Assembly (NCBI RefSeq): GCF_000953295.1
Contig: NZ_LN649255.1
Coordinates: 150,001 to 182,000 of the forward strand
DNA: 32,000 bases
Reading direction: 5' to 3'
Origin: Candidatus Portiera aleyrodidarum
GTDB taxonomy: Bacteria > Pseudomonadota > Gammaproteobacteria > Johnevansiales > Johnevansiaceae
Position numbers and translations under genes: made by a program. Of this stretch, positions 25,503 to 32,000 are shown piece by piece; the stretch's first letter is position 1, and each line of letters begins with the position of its first letter. Under the pieces are notes generated by a model. The model searched no databases. It was not told where the DNA came from and saw only the letters and a list, made by a program, of their open reading frames with translations.

Positions 25503-27815
25503 TTAAAAAACTATTTTTGCTATATCTTTATAATTTTTAACAAAATGAATTTTTATATTTTTTTTTAAATAATTTGGTAAATTTTCAAAATCTATTTTAT
25601 TATCTTTTGGTAATAAAATTTCAAAAATTTCACTTCGTCTTGCTGCTACAATTTTTTCTCTAATACCACCTACTGGTAAAATTTGACCTGTTAATGTAAT
25701 TTCACCAGTCATTGCGAGTTTACTATTTATACTTTTTAATTTAGCTAATGATATTAAAGCTGTTGTCATTGTTACTCCTGCAGATGGTCCATCTTTTGAT
25801 ATTGAACCTTCCGGGATATGTAAATGTATAAAATAATTATTAAAAAATTTTTTATTTATATTATAATAATTAATATTTGCTAATGTATAACTATATGCTA
25901 TATTTGCTGATTCTTTCATTACATTACCTAAGTTTCCTGTAAGTTTTAAGCCATTTTTAAAATTCTGAATTCTAACAGCTTCAATTGGCAAAGTAACACC
26001 ACCTAGAGAAGTCCAAGCCAATCCTGTTACTACTCCAATACCGTTTAATAATTTTTCTTTTTTAAAAAGAGGTGTTCCTAAATAATCTTTTAAATTATTA
26101 ATTGATATATTTATAATATTATTTTTATTTATTAATAATTTAACTACTGATTTACGAACAATCCGATGTAATTGTTTTTCTAAATTTCTAACACCTGCTT
26201 CTCTAGCGTATCCTTCTATAATTTGTTTCAATGCCGCTGATGTAATTTTTATACTTTGTTTTGGTAAATTATCTTTTTTTAATAATTTAGGCCACAAATG
26301 ATTTTTAGCAATCTTATATTTTTCTTCAGATAAATAACCATATAACCTAATAGGTTCCATTCTATCATATAAAGGTATTGGTATAGTATCTGTTTTATTT
26401 GCTGTACATATAAATAATACTTTAGATAAATCTATATGAATATCTAAATAATTATCAAAAAACTCATTATTTTGTTCTGAATCTAAAACTTCTAATAAAG
26501 CAGAAGCTGGATCATTATTATATGTTTGACTTATTTTATCAATTTCATCTAACATAATTACAGGATTTAAAACCTTTGTTTCTTTTAATGCTTGAACAAT
26601 TTTACCTGGCATTGAACTTACATAGGTTCTACGATGCCCTTTGATTTCAGCTTCATCACGTATTCCACCTAATGATATTCTATAAAATTTTCTTCCTAAT
26701 GCATTTGCTATTGATTTGCCGATTGATGTTTTTCCAACTCCTGGAGGACCTATGAATAATAAGATTGAACCTCCTATCGTCCCTTTAAATGTACATTCTG
26801 CTAAAAATTCTATAATTCTTTCTTTTATATCATTTATCCCATCATGATATTTATTTAATAATTTACGTGCATAACTTATATCTATTCGATCTTTAGATAA
26901 AACACCCCATGGTATTTTTGTTAACCAATCTAAATAATTACGAGTTGTACTATATTCTGGGGATCCTATTTCTAAGATTTTTAATTTATTTAATTCCTCT
27001 TTTATCTTTTTTTTAACTTTTTTTGATATTAAAAAGTTTTTTATACGTATTTTAAACTTTTTTATATCATTTATTCTTTCATCTTTTACAATACCTAATT
27101 CTTTTTGTATAAATTTTAATTGTTCTCTTAAAAAAAATTCTCTTTGCCGTTCATGTATTTGTAAATTTACTTTTTGTGATATTTCATTTTGTAACTTAGC
27201 TATTTCTATTTCTTTTCTTAACATTGGTAAAACTAATTGCATTCTATTTAATATAGATAAAGTCTCTAAGATTTTTTGTAATTCTTTTCCTTTATTTGAT
27301 GTTATCGCTGCAGCAAAATCTGTTAAAGGACCTGGATCATTTGGACTAAATCTATTTAAATAATTTTTTAAATCTTCACCATATAAAGGATTAATTGGTA
27401 ATAACTCTTTTATACTATTTATTATTGCAATGGCATAAGCACGTGTTTCATCAGATTCTTTATTTAAAATTTCTTTTGGATATATAACTTCTACAAAAAA
27501 TGGGGGATTTTTTGATATCCAATTTCTTATTTTAAATCTTTTTAAACCTTGAGCTATAAATTGTATTTGATCTCCATCTGTTCGATGAACTTTTACAATA
27601 GTACCTATTAAAGGAAAATCACTCTTATTAAATATTTCTTTATTCTTAACATAAACTAATCCTAAACAATTTTGTTTTGTCTCACCTACTCTTTGTATTG
27701 TTTCAATCCATTTATTTTTATTTATTACTAATGGTTGTATTTGAGCCGGAAAAAATGGCCTATTATTTATAGGAAGTAAATAAATACTTTCTGGCAAGAA
27801 ATCATTTTTAGACAC
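25503..27815 (-). CDS. lon: ATP-dependent Lon protease
   Basis: Contains Walker A GPPGVGKTS, Walker B MLDEIDK, catalytic Ser DGPSAGVTMTTAL, and catalytic Lys in PVGGIREK. GTG start with AAGGA upstream. Confidence 0.95.
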   Translation of the reverse strand: MSKNDFLPESIYLLPINNRPFFPAQIQPLVINKNKWIETIQRVGETKQNCLGLVYVKNKEIFNKSDFPLIGTIVKVHRTDGDQIQFIAQGLKRFKIRNWISKNPPFFVEVIYPKEILNKESDETRAYAIAIINSIKELLPINPLYGEDLKNYLNRFSPNDPGPLTDFAAAITSNKGKELQKILETLSILNRMQLVLPMLRKEIEIAKLQNEISQKVNLQIHERQREFFLREQLKFIQKELGIVKDERINDIKKFKIRIKNFLISKKVKKKIKEELNKLKILEIGSPEYSTTRNYLDWLTKIPWGVLSKDRIDISYARKLLNKYHDGINDIKERIIEFLAECTFKGTIGGSILLFIGPPGVGKTSIGKSIANALGRKFYRISLGGIRDEAEIKGHRRTYVSSMPGKIVQALKETKVLNPVIMLDEIDKISQTYNNDPASALLEVLDSEQNNEFFDNYLDIHIDLSKVLFICTANKTDTIPIPLYDRMEPIRLYGYLSEEKYKIAKNHLWPKLLKKDNLPKQSIKITSAALKQIIEGYAREAGVRNLEKQLHRIVRKSVVKLLINKNNIINISINNLKDYLGTPLFKKEKLLNGIGVVTGLAWTSLGGVTLPIEAVRIQNFKNGLKLTGNLGNVMKESANIAYSYTLANINYYNINKKFFNNYFIHLHIPEGSISKDGPSAGVTMTTALISLAKLKSINSKLAMTGEITLTGQILPVGGIREKIVAARRSEIFEILLPKDNKIDFENLPNYLKKNIKIHFVKNYKDIAKIVF

Positions 27816-27852
27816 TATTTTATGTCCTTTATAATTATATATTGGTAAATTA

Positions 27853-29094
27853 TTATTTATATATTGGGATTTTTTTACAAAGTTTATTAACTTTAATATT
27901 AATTTTTTTTTTTATAATATAAAAATTTTTTTTATTTTTTATATTATCTAATATATCACAAATCCATATAGCTAGATTTTTACATTCTTTTTCTTTAAAA
28001 CCACGTGTTGTTATTGCTGAGGTACATAATTTAATACCAGATGTAATAGCAAGATTTTTTGAATAATTTGAAATAAAAAATATATCTACTAAAATATTAA
28101 TTTTTTTTAAAATATATTTTATATATTTACCTTTAATCCCATATTCTATTAACGATATTAAAAAAAAACTATTTTTTTCATTATTTAATATGATTTCATA
28201 ACCTCTATTAATAAATATCTCAATCATTACTTTTACATTTTTTCTAATTTGTAGTTGATAATTTTTAAAATTTAAATCTAAAGCTTCTTTAAAACATACA
28301 GATTTAGCTACTAAACTATTTTTTTTATAAATACTTTTATTATTAATAAATAAAAAAGAATCAATAATATTACAAATATCTGGATTATTTTTAGATAAAA
28401 TTAATCCCCCAATTGGACCACGTAAATTATTATTAGTTGAAGTAATTACTATATGAGCATAATTTATTGGAGTAGGATATTCATTTATAATAATTAATCC
28501 TGTTATTTTACTAATATCTATTATTAAATAACTATTAATATAATTAGATATTTTTCTAAAAATTGCCCAATCTATATTTAAAATATATTCATATAATATA
28601 ATTTTTATTAATTTGGGTTTATATTTATTTATTAATTCTAATATTTTATTTTTTTTTATTTCATTATTTAATATTTGATATTTTATATATATAATTTTTC
28701 TACCTAAAAAATTATAATGATTTTCAATATCTGAATTATAATGATTAATACTTATACAAATAATTATATCTCCACTATTTGTTAATGCTTTATATATTAA
28801 TTCATTAGCTTCATTATATGAATCAAATATAATATTTGCATAATCACAACCAAACAATTTACAAGCACGTTTTATTGCTAATTTTTCTATATTATTTAGA
28901 TAATATATATTACTTCTATTTTTATTTATTAATTTACAATTTTGTAATTCAATTATTTTTAAACTTGAATAATTAATCGAAGATAATAATTCAATTTTAT
29001 TTTCTTGTAAAAATAATTCTTCTTTCACAAAAGAAAATAATTTTTTATCATATTTTTCAATATTATTAAAAACCATAAAAATTCTCTTATACAT
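27853..29094 (-). CDS. glyA: Serine hydroxymethyltransferase-derived ORF lacking the PLP-binding lysine (probably not catalytic as an SHMT)
   Basis: Collinear with E. coli GlyA along its whole length. Shared stretches include LFGCDYAN, KPKLI, DWA, YAHIV.T.T...L.GP.GGLILSK, FK.YQ.Q, RGYE, TSGI and TRGFKE. The active-site TTTTHKTLAGPRGG reads ITSTNNNLRGPIGG here. Confidence 0.8.
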   Translation of the reverse strand: MYKRIFMVFNNIEKYDKKLFSFVKEELFLQENKIELLSSINYSSLKIIELQNCKLINKNRSNIYYLNNIEKLAIKRACKLFGCDYANIIFDSYNEANELIYKALTNSGDIIICISINHYNSDIENHYNFLGRKIIYIKYQILNNEIKKNKILELINKYKPKLIKIILYEYILNIDWAIFRKISNYINSYLIIDISKITGLIIINEYPTPINYAHIVITSTNNNLRGPIGGLILSKNNPDICNIIDSFLFINNKSIYKKNSLVAKSVCFKEALDLNFKNYQLQIRKNVKVMIEIFINRGYEIILNNEKNSFFLISLIEYGIKGKYIKYILKKINILVDIFFISNYSKNLAITSGIKLCTSAITTRGFKEKECKNLAIWICDILDNIKNKKNFYIIKKKINIKVNKLCKKIPIYK

Positions 29095-29167
29095 TATTCT
29101 AATTTTTTATTAATATATTATATTTATAATAATAAAAATTTTAAATACTTAATTAATATAAAAAATT

Positions 29168-30481
29168 ATGAAAATAATAAAATCTATTAAAGGAATGAAA
29201 GATATTTTACCTAAAAAATCTTTTATTTGGCAATACATAGAAAATAAAATAAAAATTATTTTATATAAATATTCTTATCTAGAAATAAGAACCCCAATAA
29301 TTGAAAAAACAAAATTATTTAATATATCTTTAGGAAAAACAACAGATCTAATAAATAAAGAAATGTATACATTCAAAGATAAAAAAAATAATTCTTTAAC
29401 ATTGAGACCTGAAAATACTACATCTATAATTAGATGTATATTAGAAAATAATATTTTCTTTAAAAATAAAAAACAAAAATTCTGGTATTTTGGACCAATG
29501 TTTAGATATGAAAATACTCAAAATGGAAGGTATCGACAATTTTATCAATTTGGGGTTGAAACATTTAATATGTCAGGTCCTGATATTGATTCAGAAATAA
29601 TTTTAATAACAAATAGAATTTTTAATATCTTAGGAATAAAAAAATATATAACATTAGAAATAAATACTTTAGGAAATAAAAAATCTAGAATAATATATGC
29701 TAATATATTATTTAAATATTTAAAAAAATATAAAAATTATTTAAATAAAAATATATTTTATAAATTATATAAAAATCCCTTACGGTTATTAGATAATAAA
29801 AAAAATAATATAAAATACATATTTAATAATACTCCTAAAATTATAAGCTGTATAGATATAGATTCTATAAAACATTTTGAATATTTAAAAAATATTTTAA
29901 ATTTTACAAATATAAATTATAAAATAAATACAAATTTAGTAAGAGGATTAGATTATTATTCTCGTACTGTTTTTGAATGGACTACAATTTTTTTAGGTAG
30001 TCAAAACACTATTTGTGCTGGAGGAAGATATGATTATTTAATAAAATATTTAATTGGAAAAAATATTCCTGCAATTGGTTTTGCTATAGGTATAGAAAGA
30101 ATAATATTATTATTAGAAAAAATAAAAAAATTACCAATTAATATAAAATTTAAAATAAATATCTTATTTATTATAATTTCAAATGAAAAATATTTAAAAA
30201 TAAACTCAATAAAAATTGCAGAAAAAATTAGAAATGAATTACCTAATTTAATTCTAAAAATTAATTTTTGTAATAAATCTTTAAAAAAACAATTATCTGA
30301 GGCAAATAATAAAGGTATATATATTATATTAATTTATGGTATAAATGAACAGAAAAAAAATAAAATAACTATAAAATATTTATATAAAAGAAAAAAACAA
30401 AACTTATTAAAGTTAAAAAACTTAATAAAAGAACTAAAATTAATATTTTATCATGAATCAAATTATTTCAATTATTGGTAA
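29168..30481 (+). CDS. hisS: Histidine--tRNA ligase
   Basis: Contains the class-II motifs LRPENT, FRYENTQNGRYRQFYQFG, GGRYD and AIGFAIGIERI, plus a C-terminal anticodon-binding domain. Confidence 0.9.
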   Translation: MKIIKSIKGMKDILPKKSFIWQYIENKIKIILYKYSYLEIRTPIIEKTKLFNISLGKTTDLINKEMYTFKDKKNNSLTLRPENTTSIIRCILENNIFFKNKKQKFWYFGPMFRYENTQNGRYRQFYQFGVETFNMSGPDIDSEIILITNRIFNILGIKKYITLEINTLGNKKSRIIYANILFKYLKKYKNYLNKNIFYKLYKNPLRLLDNKKNNIKYIFNNTPKIISCIDIDSIKHFEYLKNILNFTNINYKINTNLVRGLDYYSRTVFEWTTIFLGSQNTICAGGRYDYLIKYLIGKNIPAIGFAIGIERIILLLEKIKKLPINIKFKINILFIIISNEKYLKINSIKIAEKIRNELPNLILKINFCNKSLKKQLSEANNKGIYIILIYGINEQKKNKITIKYLYKRKKQNLLKLKNLIKELKLIFYHESNYFNYW

Positions 30482-31739
30482 AACAAATGTAGGGAAATCT
30501 ACTTTGTTTAATTGTTTAACAAAAAAAAATAATTCAAGAACAAATAATATTCCTTACTTTACTAGAGATAGAAAGTATGGAATATTAAAAATAAAAAATA
30601 AAAATATAAATTTAATAGATACAGCTGCAATTTTGAATGATTTTTTTTCTTATAAAAAAAATAATATAAATTATTCTATTAATAAACAAACCAGAATAGC
30701 TATTCAAGAATCAAAGATAATTTTATTTTTAATAAACTCATATACAAAAATTGATTTGTTTTATAAAAAATTTATCAATTATTTAAAACTAAAAAATAAA
30801 AAAATTATATTCATTATAAATAAAATTGATTATTTTAATAAATATATTATTACTGATTTTTATAAATTTAATTTAAATCATCCTATTTTTATATCTGCTT
30901 TAAAAAAAATAAATATAAAGAAATTATTATTTAATATAAAAAAAAATTTATATAACTATAGAATTTCTATAAAAAATAATAAAAATTTAATTAAGATTTG
31001 TACAATAGGAAAAACAAATGTAGGTAAATCTACATTAATTAATAGTTTATTAAAAGAAACACGTTTAATTATTGATAAAAATCCAGGGACTACAAGAGAA
31101 AATATAAAAATAAAAATAAATTATAAAAATAATTTATTTATTTTAACTGATACTGAAGGAATAGATAAGAATATAAAAAAAAATAAAATATTAAAATTAA
31201 TTAATATATATAATATTATTTTATATATTATTGATGCTAATATAGGATTAGTTGAAATAGATTTATATTTAATAAAAAAAATATTTTTATTAGGTAAATT
31301 TTTAATTTTAATTATTAATAAATGGGATCTTCTAAATATTCATAAAAAAAAATTAATAAAAAATGAATTAAATTTAAAATTAAAAAAATATAAAACTTTC
31401 TTAAGTTTACATTTTATTTCTGCTTTATATTTATATAATATAAAAACTATATTTAATTCTATTGAATATTTTATTTATTTAAAAAATAAAATTTGGTCTA
31501 TTAAAAAATTAACTAATTTAATTAATTTAGCGATAAAAAAAAAACCACCATTAATTTATAAGAATAAAAAAATTAAATTTATATTAGCTAAACAAATAAA
31601 TCAAACTCCAATAAATATTATTATTTTTGGAAACAAAAAAATTAAATGTTTATCAAAAAATTACAAAAAATATTTATTAAATTTTTTTATAAAAAAATTA
31701 AATATAAAAAATATTTTATTAAAAATAACTCTTTTATAA
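30453..31739 (+). CDS. der: Ribosome-biogenesis GTPase Der (EngA), two tandem G domains
   Basis: Two P-loops (IIGKTNVGKSTLFN and TIGKTNVGKSTLIN), two NKxD motifs (INKID, INKWD), and DTAA/DTEG at G3. The start overlaps the hisS 3' end by 29 nt. Confidence 0.9.
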   Translation: MNQIISIIGKTNVGKSTLFNCLTKKNNSRTNNIPYFTRDRKYGILKIKNKNINLIDTAAILNDFFSYKKNNINYSINKQTRIAIQESKIILFLINSYTKIDLFYKKFINYLKLKNKKIIFIINKIDYFNKYIITDFYKFNLNHPIFISALKKINIKKLLFNIKKNLYNYRISIKNNKNLIKICTIGKTNVGKSTLINSLLKETRLIIDKNPGTTRENIKIKINYKNNLFILTDTEGIDKNIKKNKILKLINIYNIILYIIDANIGLVEIDLYLIKKIFLLGKFLILIINKWDLLNIHKKKLIKNELNLKLKKYKTFLSLHFISALYLYNIKTIFNSIEYFIYLKNKIWSIKKLTNLINLAIKKKPPLIYKNKKIKFILAKQINQTPINIIIFGNKKIKCLSKNYKKYLLNFFIKKLNIKNILLKITLL

Positions 31740-31741
31740 GA

Positions 31742-31815
31742 AACGCCCGAGAGGATTTGAACCTCCAACAGTTTGATTCGTAGTCAAAAACTCTATCCAA
31801 TTGAGTTACGGGCGC
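31742..31815 (-). tRNA. tRNA-Arg (anticodon ACG)
   Basis: GCGCCCGTAACTCAATTGGATAGAG... with anticodon stem TTTGA/TCAAA and loop CT-ACG-AA, and T-arm GGAGG-TTCAAAT-CCTCT. The acceptor pairs G1 with U72. Confidence 0.85.
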
Positions 31816-31830
31816 TTTATAAAAAAATTA

Positions 31831-31918
31831 TGGAGAGAGAGGGATTTGAACCCTCGATAGATACTTGATCTATTTTCCTTTAGCAAAGGAACGCCATAAA
31901 CCTCTCGGCCACCTCTCC
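31831..31918 (-). tRNA. tRNA-Ser (anticodon GCU), long variable arm
   Basis: GGAGAGGTGGCCGAGAGG... with anticodon stem TTCCT/AGGAA and loop TT-GCT-AA, a long variable arm, and T-arm GAGGG-TTCAAAT-CCCTC. Confidence 0.9.
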
Positions 31919-31925
31919 AAATTTT

Positions 31926-32000
31926 TTATAGTTCTTCTTTTATATTTTTTTTATCTAAACAAAAAGCTGTATGTAATGAATTTATTGCTAAGTGTACAAA
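31926..32000 (-). CDS. 3' end of an unidentified CDS that continues beyond the window
   Basis: The minus-strand frame is open to the window edge and gives ...FVHLAINSLHTAFCLDKKNIKEEL*, with TAA at 31926-31928. It is too short to identify. Confidence 0.3.
   Translation of the reverse strand, partial: FVHLAINSLHTAFCLDKKNIKEEL

Noticed and set aside
1-32000. An alternative genetic code (UGA read as Trp, as in some tiny symbionts) could be in use.
   Set aside because: All conserved genes give full-length orthologue-sized products under the standard code. Conserved Trp positions are TGG. mutL terminates on TGA exactly after its conserved terminal F.R motif.
1-32000. I searched for CRISPR arrays, IS or transposase genes, integrases, prophage, toxin-antitoxin, restriction-modification or other defence systems, and rRNA, tmRNA or RNase P RNA genes.
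   Set aside because: No ORF or spacer is left unexplained that could hold them. The only spacers longer than 70 bp are the purA relic, the infA promoter region and the glyA/hisS divergent region, and none shows repeats or conserved RNA motifs.

Overview
This window is extremely AT-rich and almost gap-free, which is typical of a highly reduced obligate, insect-type endosymbiont genome. I call 29 protein-coding genes (two are cut by the window edges), 7 tRNA genes and 1 relic pseudogene. Most intergenic spacers are 0-30 bp, and several gene pairs overlap. The standard genetic code fits: Trp is TGG, and mutL ends on TGA exactly at its expected C-terminus.

Content is pure core housekeeping:
- t6A modification: tsaD, tsaB and a tsaE-like ORF.
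- Translation: rsmA, rpsF-rpsR-rplI, infA, mnmA, miaA, hisS, der.
- Replication and repair: dnaB, a truncated dnaX, mutL.
- Pyruvate dehydrogenase E1/E2: aceE-aceF.
- Amino-acid synthesis: dapA, ilvD, hisZ.
- Other: gnd, a yadG/yadH-like ABC-2 exporter, sufBCDS Fe-S assembly, lon, and a glyA-derived ORF.

Gene order matches a Pseudomonas/Oceanospirillales-like proteobacterial backbone: tsaE-[amiB]-mutL-miaA-[hfq-hflXKC]-hisZ-purA, rpsF-rpsR-rplI-dnaB, and hisS-[..]-der. The bracketed genes have been cleanly excised. This suggests a Carsonella-like tiny symbiont, but I cannot verify the taxon.

I found no mobile elements, CRISPR, phage, defence, toxin or secretion loci, and no novel multi-gene system. 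The interesting signals are all genome-erosion phenomena:
1. tsaB has no stop codon and reads straight through two same-strand tRNA genes.
2. A full-length glyA ORF has lost its PLP-binding lysine and most other cofactor contacts.
3. A 158-bp purA relic keeps only the first and last codons of the gene.
4. A tsaE-like ORF has a destroyed Walker A motif.
5. dnaX encodes only the gamma-like core.
6. Convergent genes share stop codons with no room for terminators.
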